Source: Octopus bimaculoides (Eukaryota). From it: DNA of 64,000 bases. The stretch covers positions 67,755,638-67,819,637 of the forward strand of contig NC_068981.1 of assembly GCF_001194135.2 (NCBI RefSeq), written 5' to 3'. Numbering within the stretch: position 1 is the first letter of the stretch; the number at the start of each line of letters is the position of its first letter. The notes beneath the pieces were generated by a model that did no database searches, was not told where the DNA came from, and saw only the letters and a list, made by a program, of their open reading frames with translations. A program made the position numbers and the translations under genes. Below are positions 53,055 through 64,000 of the stretch, piece by piece.

Positions 53055-55495
53055 GTCTATTATTATTATTATTATTGTTCAGTAGTTTTATTTTTATAAC
53101 GTGCTTTCACTTCACTACCGAGCGCAGCTCTGTGTGCCTTAGGTATGTGCTGTGGTTTGCTGTGATGCTCTTATGGTTACCGTATTGAAAGTGTTTTGCG
53201 TAGGATGTGTGCAGTGCCCAGTAGTGCAATTTTCTGTATGTTATATATATTTGTAAGTTTTGGTGTTTTTGTTATGTATCCTTTTCATTCATTTGTCTGT
53301 GGTGTTCTGGATTGGTGCTTTTTGTACGTTATTATACATCTCTACGGTCTGGGTCTGTTGCTTTTTGTTTACTTCGTTTTTGCCGGAGATGTTACGTTTG
53401 TCCTCGTGTTTTACTATCTCAGTGTTTATATTATTATTTGGCATTGTTGTGTGACTACTATCTAGATTTTCCTGATGTATTTTTCCTTTCAATTGTTCTA
53501 TTTCTATTTCTGATATTTTTTTTGCTTTGAGAATGTACCTTCTTATGTTAGTTAGTTTGTTATTAACTACTTGAATTTTATTCCATCCAGTCAATTTTGA
53601 GCTCAACACTAACCTCTGTCTTCGGAAATATTCCATCCTTAGTTGTTTTTTTTTTCATTTCCTTTTCCATTATGTAGTTGAACTCTAGTACACTAAGGTA
53701 TTTGTATCCTTCCGTTTCAATTTGTTTAACCAAGCCTCTATTCGGTAATTCTATCCCTGCTAAGGACTGTAGCTTGCCTCTTTTTAGGTAGATTATTCCG
53801 CACTTCTTGGCTGCAAATTCTATTCTAATATCAGTATTAACAGTGGACACTGTTCTCCAAAGAACTCACCTGTGCCCCATCTTTGCCATACAGTTTCAAA
53901 TCATCCATGAAGAGAAGATAGTTGATTGTTTTGGACTTACCCTTTAGTTGGCATCCCAGGTTTATTTTCCTAATAACCAAGATCACTGATATCATGCAGA
54001 GATCTCAAAACAACGGAGATAGGTTAACACCCTGGCAAATCCCTCTTCTGATACCCAGGGTGCCCAAGCATTTCCATAAGATGTCAGTTCAGTTTTCCAT
54101 CCCAACATACTTCTCGTCAGGAAACACGTTACATTCCTTATAATTCCAAACAGATCTAAGCACTCGATGATCCACTAATGTGCAATCATATCATAAGCTT
54201 TGCAGTAGTCAATCCACGCTATCCCTAGATTTGTTCTCCATTTTCATTCTTGCATGAACATTTTGTCCATCAATAGTTGATCTTTGTTACTTCTGGATTT
54301 CCTCCTACAGCCCATTTGTTCGGGCAGTGACATACCGTTCTCATCAAGAAATTTATCTAGTTCTTTTTGCAATTTCTCCTCACAATAACTTCCACAGTAA
54401 TGGGGGCAGAAAATTGGTCTATAATTGTCAGCAACATTCCCCTTTGAGGCATCCTACAGGCACTACACTGTTCATTCTTTTGTCAACCAGCTCGAATTTT
54501 CTTCTCCATTGATGAATGCATTAAATTGTTCTGTGATAAATTTATAGCAACTATTGAACTTTCTTTTATCCAAAATCCCTGTACACCATCACGTCTTGCT
54601 GTTCCAATTAATTATCATTTTACTCACATTTCTGATACTGTCTTCTGTGAAGTGGATACGCTCTTGCTAGGGATAAGAAGTTGTTTGCTTCAGACTGAAA
54701 AGCCATTCAGCTGTAGTATTAGTTTGCTCTTGCATACTTCATATCTTACCCCAGAAAATTTACTTTCATCAGCATCAGAAAGTAATATTTCACGTATTTC
54801 ATCACCATTAATCTCTTGATAAAATCTCTTTTGGTCGGTCCTAAACAATTTTGTCTTGTCGGTATTGCTTAATCTGTTGTTCAAACCTAGTTAGCTTTGC
54901 TTTTTTTTTCTTTTGCCAGTATGCACTACTTCAGTTTTTCAATTACAACATTCAGACCTTTTATATCTACATCATACTTCTTAATGCTATCGAATTTCCA
55001 TTCATTCTCAATTTTTTCATTTCTTTCCCTGACAGGTTTTGACACTATACTGTTCAAAAGAGTGTGTATATTCAGAAATTCTACTTTTCCTCTTCTATCC
55101 GTCGCTCAGTAGTACTCAATTCTATCACCACTATCCTACTAACAGCCTTCATAAGATTAGTTGTTTCTGTGATGTTCTTTGTTTCAATGTGCTTCAATAC
55201 ATTATTGACTTTCCTAGTCTCTTGATGAGGTTAGCCTTGGTTAGCCTTCCTAAAGTCGCACATAAATTCTGTCCTTTCTGTATTTAATAAGTCCAGAATT
55301 CTGTCTATTTTTAATCGATCTTCATTGTTTTAATAGTAATTGATCTCAATTCTTTCACGGTTCACGATATCGTATTCTTGCAAAGAATTGTCCATCCCTT
55401 CCTCTATACCACTTTCATTTCTCGCATGCCCAGCATCATCCGATAACCTTCTTTTAATAGCTTCTAGCTCCACTTTTGTTAACCATCCATTCTAC
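53055..55495 (-). mobile_element. Long, decayed, internally rearranged Dong/R4-like LINE
   Basis: Minus strand: '[14 protein letters not shown]', 'NNRLSNTDKTKLFRTDQKRFYQEI', RT ('WIDY.KAYD', 'GICQG', 'FMDDLKL', 'YKYL'), end 'QKIALLGTAHILRKTLSIR*', 3'UTR and (AAT)n tail. Confidence 0.92.
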
Positions 55496-55670
55496 TACCG
55501 GAGCACCCAAGTGGATTCAAATGGCGTGCCTATCAGAAGATACACAAAACGAATGCACACTGAATGGAAGGCAATGGAACTGTTTGAAATAACTGAACAG
55601 AGATTATGTGACCAAGCAAGAGCAATACTAAAGAATGGATATTTAATAGAATTGGAGGTAGAAACGATTA
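55490..55670 (+). mobile_element. N-terminal Dong/R4 ORF fragment, inverted relative to the adjoining element
   Basis: 'FYYRS...[15 protein letters not shown]...[22 protein letters not shown]'. Confidence 0.85.
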
Positions 55671-58344
55671 TTATTATTGTTGTTGTTGCTTTTGCTATTG
55701 TTGTTACTATATGAATTTGACGTAGAAAGGCGTACTTTTTTGGCAGTCTTTATAATCTCCTTTTTTAATGTGTGTAATTGAAGGGAAAATATATTTTGCA
55801 TATCTCCTTCTAAGAACGCCTCTGCAACGTATCGAGTTATTTCTTCTTCAGGGATAGAGTACTGAGAGAGAGAGAGAAATAACATGAGAGAGAGTCAGGG
55901 AGAGAGTAGGAGAGAAAGAGAGATAGATAGATAAATAGATAGGCAGATAGATTGATAGATAGAGAGAGTGTGTGAGTGTGTGAGAAAGAGAGAGGGAAGC
56001 AAAAAGTTGATCCTTTTCGAACTTTTTAAACATTAATTTTTGTGTTTACATTGAACCTGAAAAAAACATGGCACAAGTCAGAGATAACGGCAACAGCAAA
56101 AACAAAACAAAACAAAAAAAAAACCCAAAAAACAAACAAAAATACAAATCAAATGAATTTGAAAAAAGATTCTATTGAATTTAAAAGCGCAGAAAGCAAA
56201 CTCGAAAAAAAAAAGGCCAATTTTAATCACACAGTATAATATAAACGCTTTACACGAATGAAAAAAAATATTGGCAGAAAATACAAATACAAATTTGTAA
56301 CGATCTAGCAAACAACAACAAAAAAGTGTCCACATGCAAAACTTGATTGTTTGTCCAGCAGCATTTACAAACATAAAGGCGTTTTGCCAAACGAAGGAAT
56401 GAATAGGAGAATCGAATGAAAAATAGGGAAAGCGTTTCAGCCTTCCTTCTTTAGCTAAAACTATCTCAAAAAGGCGGAGCCCGGGCATGAATTAACTGTC
56501 AGAGGAACAAGAAATGGTTGACGAAACTTTGTGACAAATAAAGTGCTTTAATACATCAATCGCTTACTAAACAGCGAAAAAAAAATACAAGTACCTTATC
56601 TCTGCAACTCTAAAATCGAACAGGCATTACTCGTTCCATTAAATGAACAATTGCAAACAACTCTAGCCAAGGTGTGGAGTGAAACTGAGTTTAGAGTTAA
56701 CAAACTCGAAGCGCTGGTGCGTTAGGCATGTGACCAGAAATAATGCATGGGTTGGCGCAAAATAAGCGTTAGAGTAACAGATATTGTTTATGACATTCAC
56801 TCTTGATATCTTTTCACTTTTCTAGTGCTGTTGGCAATCGCTGAATTTATTTAAAAAATGACATGATCGGATTGTATATATATCTTTCTGCAAGTTCATC
56901 GATATGCAAGGTCATCAAAATAACGTTTGTGCCTAGACATGGAACCTCCCTTGAATCCCCAAAAAGAGCAATGAGATCAACCTTTACAGATACGTGGAAG
57001 AAAATTTTCATTGGCAGGAAGAAAGCGTATTGGGCCATATGCGAACTTTTCAAAACTGAAGATGGAATGAAAATAGGAGCCATACAAGCCGTATTACATT
57101 TACGCCGAAATTAGTACCATAATATTCGAACCTGAAATGCACTAGAGTTACAATCAAGGATATTTTTGAAAATCTCGATCCTGGGATAGTGGCCATTTTC
57201 GTAATGCACTATGGATATGTGTTTAACGCCGGTGCAACAGTGTGTAATATGTGAACGTGAGCGGTCATACGGATATAAAAATCCTCATGAGCCTCAAGAG
57301 TGCAAAAATAGAATTCTGAGTTGTGTCTTTCAGAGGGTGAAGCAGAGCAAAACTTTAATCCTGATCTTTCATGACAGAAAGCCTTGTGTGTAGCTCAGTC
57401 GCCTCACATCTGGTAGTAAATGCTGTATAAAAGGTTTTCTACTCTGAAGATGAGAAGGAGAGAAACAACACCAGCAACATGCATGGAGATCTGCTGGTTC
57501 CGTGTGAGAAGACCTTTGTGAAAAAGCGGATGATGAGCTGAAAAAACGAACTTAAAAATGGAATTGAAACAATGTGGTGAGAGCATAGTCTCTTGTTAAT
57601 AGAAAATCGACTCCAACAAACGAGACTTTGTGAGACTTTGAAAAGACCGCAATTTATATTTAAGTTTACAAGAAATCTGTGTGGTATGCATACTGGATAA
57701 AATGGGGATCCCAACTACATAAATAGTTGATAATAGATAACACAGAGCAAACGAAATGGGAAAAAGAAAATGATCCCAACAATGAAAAGGATGATTCAAG
57801 GTCCTCTGCACTAAAGCAAGAATTCGGATCTTAATGATATACCAAACCAGGTGCTTTCTCCTACGTTTTGTCTCCGACCTCAGTTTGCAGATAGTTTCAT
57901 TTATGTGGGTTCATTTACCTACACTAGTTTCTCCACACTGACCTTTCATGAAATTTAATGGATGACATCAAGTTTTCTGTCATTCTCTTTCTCGTGAAGA
58001 GAAAAACAAGGATATCCCCATCCGCAAAACTCCTCGTTCTCACAAATTTACAATAGCGGCAACCAAACAACTTTTTTTTACAAGAATCATCAGACGTAGG
58101 AAGATTTCTCACTCTCTCTTGACAAACGAAGATTGCAGTTCTATATTCATGAACGACTCAACGGATTGTCTATGTGATAAAAGCGGTTTAACATAAAAAC
58201 GCAAAACAGCAATCTTTGGACACTGAACAAGTGCGTGGTGCTGTGTTGCAATACACATGTACATCTACTGACTTCACTGAAGCAATATCTAGATTTAATC
58301 CTTAACATGCAATGCAACTCTGACCAGAAAAGAAATAACGGAGA

Positions 58345-58513
58345 TTATTCATAATTCCCGAATATTCTCTGAGAGCGAAAATTCAAACTCTTCTCGAAAT
58401 CTCCTAAACTCGCTTCTTGGTTGCTGCCATTAAGTAACGGCTTCTGAGGACTCATTACTACGGCTGGCAGTGCTGCTTCATTCCTATCGCTCCGCTTTCT
58501 GTAAGCGATATCA
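58345..58513 (-). CDS. Candidate terminal exon, unknown protein
   Basis: Long pyrimidine tract plus AG at 58514-58515 (alternative 'ttacag' at 58499-58500); open frame DIAYRKRSDRNEAALPAVVMSPQKPLLNGSNQEASLGDFEKSLNFRSQRIFGNYE*. Confidence 0.2.
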
Positions 58514-58929
58514 CTTGAATGATAGACAACAGGGGATAAGAGAAAATAAAAGTTACTTCTTGGATTGGAGAACACACAGGAATGTAATGAACACAATCAA
58601 GCAAACATTTTCAATATCCTATCCAGAAATTCCATGTTCAGCTCGGCTTCGAATAATAATAACAATAACAACAACAACAACAACACAAATAATAATAATA
58701 AGAAGAAGAAACATTTCTAACAAGGGCACAACTTCAAATAGTTGGATACAATGATTAGTCAATGCAATCAACTTTAGTACTTGATTGGTATTATATTTTA
58801 TCGATGTCCGAGGGATGAAAGGCAAATTTTATCTTAGCTTCTCGTGCACACATATCTTTCTTTTCGATATCCTCACAATTCTGTAAGCTTGTTACATTTA
58901 ATTGTTTGCAATACAGACACAAGGTCAGA

Positions 58930-59105
58930 CATTCGTGAAGAGAAGTCGATTAAATAGACTCCAGTATTTAAATAATACGCTATTTTATTCATATTGTAAA
59001 AATGAAGGTTAAATATGACCCCGGCAGGATTTGAACTCAGAACTTAAATAATCGGAACATATTGTAATGTAATTTGATTGACATTCTAACGATAATGTTA
59101 GCCTA
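58930..59105 (-). mobile_element. SINE (Meta-like family), degenerate
   Basis: 'gtcgattaaatagactccagta...atgaagg....atgaccccggcaggatttgaactcagaac'. Confidence 0.7.
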
Positions 59106-61354
59106 TCCCTCTTATTGGTGCAAGGGTCATTAAAAAATGACACAGAAGATGGTAAACTTTTACGTAGAAAAAAGGATGAGAAAAAAATTATGAAAAAACA
59201 ATAAAGAAATATCAGAATAGGATGACATCCACCCTGTTCATATTTTCGGCTATATTTGCTGAGCTTACAGACAATTTACTGGTGCACAGCACTTTTCTAC
59301 TAACTTTCGTCATTCTCTCCGAATTGAGGTGAAGAAACCTGATGAAAACTGACCGTTGGGAAAAGTGGTTTCCAATATGTAGTTAGTCACAGCATATTCA
59401 GTACATGGAACTTATTCGAAACAACTTAAGCGCTGAAACAAAACAATTAGTTGTTCATAAAGAATATTTATTTCATTTTCTTCAGAATAGACAGTTAACA
59501 GCAACGGGCATGTTTTAGTGTTACTCTGACATCATCAGCAAGATAAAGAATTCACTACATTTATCGATGTAATAGTTAAAGATTTGTACATTTGTCCTCC
59601 ATGACTAGACAAAAGGAACAAGTGTGTCAGTTAATGTAGAATATCTCCAAAATTATAAACGCACGTGGTATGTATTATACAATCCAGGTATATGTTTTAT
59701 CCTCCAATCAGATTTTACATCTTATTGAATCGTTAAAAAAATATTACAGTACGTAACTTACAGTAAAACTTACTCTAAATTCACCCACTACATTTTGCGT
59801 ATACAGTTGTTATTAGCAGAACAGCGGAATGAATGTAAAACTTATTCCATTATGAGAATTTCAGTAATGTAACAACAACACTTGGAGAATTTAGAGTAAA
59901 ACTATTCAAGAGGATATTACATTTCTGAGAACTCTTCTTATTTAATCTATGAAAATCGATAAAACAAGCATCACGAAAAAAAGTAAAAGGAAAAACAAAA
60001 ACAAACCTGAAATTATTATTAATGCAGCGTAGAGTCATTATTTATTCTTGGATGAAAATAAAAAGGATAGAAAACTTTAAAAGTCTAGTGAAAAGTTTGA
60101 CAGGAGATATCAAGAATTAAGGATATTGTCATCAGGAAATTTTCTTTTCTTTTATATACTTAGTGCTCTCCTTGCTATCATTCAGTTTTTCAACACACGC
60201 AGAGCGAAATTTGCGTGGTAGCAATACCATTTCCACTGAGAATGTTAGTGTTGTTTATATTGTTTACACTGTTCTTGCTATTGTTGTTGCTGCTACTGCT
60301 CTTGTCAGTGATGCTGATACTGAGGATGGAGAGGTTGATGCTGGTGGTGATGACGATGATGATGACGATGACGATAATGAAGATGATACTTTTGTTAGAT
60401 TTCCATCGAAACTATTTTAGTTACATAGAATGTATTCGCTGTGTGCAGATGCAAGTTGATTAAATAACTTATTGCATGTTCACTTGACTTTATTGCCAAA
60501 CTTTATGAACTCGTAGTCAAATAAAGTAACCAAACAACGTAGCAACGAAACAAACGGCTTCGCATCTTGCCTGAAAGCCTGCCATTGAACCAAACTACTA
60601 TCATAAACATCCATTAATGAATGGAAGAAAAGCGAAAAAAAAAGAATGCACGGAACGCCAAACACGCCAGTGGATTCCATGATGATATTGTGTTAAATAT
60701 TTCGACAAAGGAGAAAATACTAAACAGAAAAATATACATATGGAAAAACAAGGAGAAAATGCACATACGATCCACAAAATCGGAACTACATTAACTGGAA
60801 AACCACAACGCTTTGTATTTTATTTTGCAATTTTGACTTAAGTCTGTGGAATCATATTTTTATATTTTGAAGAAGGAGAGCGTTAATGAAGTACCAGAAG
60901 CAACGCAAAGGCATCATTATGACCATCGTCATCATAGAGCACCTCATTATTCTTCTTATCCTCATTAGCATCATCAATCTCACTATCATTATTGTGCTTC
61001 GTCATACTCAACTTCACTACCGCTACTGCCTTCATCAGCAACACCACCATTACCGCAGAGATCATCATCATCATCATCATCATCTGCAGCAGCAGCATCA
61101 TTAAGAACCACAACAACAGCACCCACCAGCATCTTCATCATTAGCGTTGTTGATATTCATATACATTTCCATACTTGCAGGGTCAATAAAATAAGCAACA
61201 GAAAATAAAGACATTCGATGAAAGAGCGGTGATCAAAACAGCTTTCTGAGTATGGCTACGTCATTGTATGGTCTGAGCTCACAAGTTAAGAAATTGCAGC
61301 TTATCTTAATATTAAAAATTCATTATTATAATTTATTAGATTACGAGGTGACAG

Positions 61355-61520
61355 ACTCGTTACCGCGCTGGACAAAATGCTTAGAAGCATTTCCTTCGGA
61401 TTTACTTTCTAATTTCATATTCTGCCCAGGTCAACGTTGCCTTTTAGCACATCAGGGTCGATAAATTAAGAAGCAGTCAAGTACTGGGGTCAATGTAATC
61501 GACGTTCTCCCTCCCCTGAA
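61355..61520 (+). mobile_element. SINE (Meta-like family)
   Basis: 'cgctggacaaaatgcttag...gttgcctttt...gggtcgataaattaag...tactggggtcaatgtaatcgac'. A further SINE head lies at about 61698-61800. Confidence 0.8.
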
Positions 61521-61584
61521 ATTTCTTCTTCTTGTTCTTGTTCTTCTCCTTCTCCTCCCCTCCTCCTCCTCCTCCTCCTCATCT

Positions 61585-61670
<86 letters not shown>

Positions 61671-61802
61671 TGTATTATCATTAATGTTATTACTAGTCAA
61701 GGCTGATGAACTGGCAGAATAGTTAGCACGCTGGGCAAAGTGCTTTATGGCTTTTCGTCCATCTTTTTGTTCTGAGTTCAAATGACACCGAAGTTCACAG
61801 TC

Positions 61803-62020
61803 ATGCGTCTGCGACATGGTGATCTTCTATCGAGATAAAAGATGCATGACCTTGTAGGTGGGATCCTGTAAGAGTTTTCTTCAGGTCGTGTAGAACATCC
61901 TGTTCAAAAGGTTCCTAAATAAGCGTTGTTTGAGGATGATGAACGAAAGACCCATGATACCTGACGTGAGTTATTCTAACCACAAAGAATTCCTCTCAAA
62001 AGATGGATATGATGCTCCTC
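61803..62020 (+). mobile_element. Partial third copy of the ~530-bp retroposon-like unit
   Basis: 'gacatggtgatct...gcatgaccttgtaggtg...ttttcttcaggtcg...caaagaattcctctcaa...tatgatgctcc'. Confidence 0.75.
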
Positions 62021-62850
62021 CATAGAGGATCATGGATTATAAAAGATGTTGACCGTCTTAAACTTATAGCCTGGCATCTTGGGTGACTTTATCGGGGTCT
62101 ATTCTTTTCAATCATTCGAACCAGCTTTGTGTTTCGAGGATACATTTCTCCCTCTATTCCACCACTCTTGGGACCCATGAAATATATCATGGGTACTCCC
62201 TTTCTTACTAAAAAACTAAAAAGATTATAACCGTCGTAAACAAAATATAATTCTCTCCCTGAACTCCCAGTGTGTTTGTCACTTGCTCTTCCATGTGTAC
62301 ACACAGACATACATATACACACACACACTCACGCACGCACATGTACACGCACAGGTGCATATATATATATATATANNNNNNNNNNTTACCGCCGCTTCAC
62401 CACATACCGAAAATTAGAAATAGCAGCCAAAACTACTATTTCTCTACCAAAATACGACTCCCAAAACAACAATACTCGCTAAAACGACTTCCAAAACAAC
62501 AATACCCACTATGACTTCTGTCGACTCCCTCAAGCCACTTCAAAACAGACATTGCTCTTTGTTCCTTGACCTTAGATTTTTTTATACAAATATTTGATAT
62601 ACAGGACTATAAATTAAATCTGACCCCAAAAATCAGTGACAAGCCAGATCTCTGACACGTCTTTCTTCCTGATACCTAGTAGCTTCTAAGCTGAAGCGAA
62701 GACAGCATGTTCTTTGTCTATCTACTTACCTTCTTGAAGGTTTTATGTAAAATTGTACTAATGTGTCCATCTGTTTTAATTTAATTTAATTCTATGTATT
62801 TAAGCAGCTGAGGATTGTTCTGCATTTAAATTGATGTCATGGTTGCATTG

Positions 62851-63190
62851 TGGAAGCGCAATGGCCTGGTGGTTAAGGCAGCGGACTCGTCGTCATAGGA
62901 TCGCAGTTTTGATTCCCAGACCGGGCGTTTTGAGTGTTTGTTGAGCGAAAACACCTAAAGCTCAACGAGGCTTCGGCAGGGGATGGTGGCGAACCCTGCT
63001 GTACTCTTTCACGACAACTTTCTCTCACTCTTACTTCCTGTTCCTGTTGTGCCTGTAATTCAAAGGGTCAGCCTTGTCACACTGTGTCACGCTGAATATC
63101 CCCGAGAACTACGTTAGGGGTACATGTGTCTGTGGAGTGTTCAGCCATTTGCACGCTAATTTCACGAGCAGGCTGTTCCGTTGATCGGAC
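62851..63190 (+). mobile_element. tRNA-derived SINE (distinct family)
   Basis: A-box TGGCCTGGTGG (62862-62872), B-box-like GTTTTGATTCC (62906-62916), then a non-tRNA body; no tRNA acceptor-stem closure. Confidence 0.85.
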
Positions 63191-63644
63191 AAAATTGTAG
63201 CTGTTTCTTTTTAAGCTTATTCTACTACATTAGTAGCAGCATGGAATTCTTTCCTTCTCTAGCTTTGAGGAAATATTTCCTCAAAATTATGATAGAATAT
63301 CCAGACTGCTGAAAATTTGTATTTTACAACTGGAGATGGCGCTTATTTTCAAATTGTTGTAATGCTTGCATTGTTCAATCAAATGGAGCCGCCTGAAAGG
63401 GCCGTAATGCGCTAATACCTTGACACGTATTCACTTTATATCGAGCAGTGCGGATAATACCGGATTTGCTTGGTGCATCAAATTAAGTACTTTATTCAAC
63501 TGAATCTTAATTATTTGGTATATTAATATATATATTTATAAACACACATATACAAACATACATATATACATACATGCATATATACATATATGTAAACGTA
63601 TATACACATACACATATATATATATATATGTGTATGTTAGTAGT

Positions 63645-63872
63645 TAGGGTGTTGGACGCACGGTCGTAAACACTTCACTTCATGTTGTTCCTGTTCACTC
63701 AGCTGTAGAAATGAGTACCACTAATGGAAGCACGTCGCTTAGTGGATACGGTGTTGGATTCACGACCGTAAGATTCTTGTTTCGATCTCAGAAACGGGTG
63801 ATCCGTTATGCTCGTGCAAAAAAAATAATTTCACGTTGCTCCCACCCACTCAGCTGTAGAAATGAATATTTA
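63645..63872 (+). mobile_element. Two tandem tRNA-derived SINE copies
   Basis: Both contain 'ggtgttgga..cacg..cgtaa' and end in 'cactcagctgtagaaatga.ta'. Confidence 0.7.
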
Positions 63873-64000
63873 GCCAGGAGAGGGAGGGGTTCCGCCAGGT
63901 ATTTTCCCCCTAATTATGCTGCACGGCTACAGCGCCACAGAGACCCCGACTATATTGATGGAATTGTCAATATAATAGCGTGTGTACATTAGGTACGGTA

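Noticed and set aside
53196-55287. Plus-strand ORFs of 60-97 aa
   Set aside because: Antisense shadows of the minus-strand Dong/R4 LINE.
60163-61140. Poly-D/H/Q and poly-L/M ORFs
   Set aside because: Cryptic trinucleotide (GAT/CAT/CAG) repeats; no splice or domain evidence.
62851-62925. tRNA gene
   Set aside because: Has A/B boxes but continues into a SINE body with no cloverleaf closure; treated as a SINE head (same for 63730-63800).

Overview
Eukaryotic, AT-rich, repeat-dense genomic DNA with many N gaps, most of them bordered by microsatellites. The SINE/LINE types and microsatellite density suggest an octopus (coleoid cephalopod) draft assembly; this is an inference. There is no recognisable intact multi-exon gene. 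The window is dominated by decayed transposable elements: at least seven pieces of RLE-type (Dong/R4-like) LINEs, one full-length Tc1 with perfect 27-bp TIRs and TA flanks but a broken transposase, a second Tc1 fragment abutting an RTE LINE 3' end, a CR1/Jockey-group remnant, a probable Helentron-type non-autonomous element, and many tRNA-derived SINEs. The two most interesting leads are (1) a minimal hammerhead-ribozyme core with palindromic stems II and III at 43783-43807, inside a ~352-bp partial tandem repeat (Penelope/retrozyme-like), and (2) a minus-strand candidate terminal exon at 49790-49882 encoding a GPI-anchor-like C-terminus. Most ORFs in the supplied track are artefacts of microsatellites, N runs or TE antisense strands. 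Boundaries of decayed elements are approximate.
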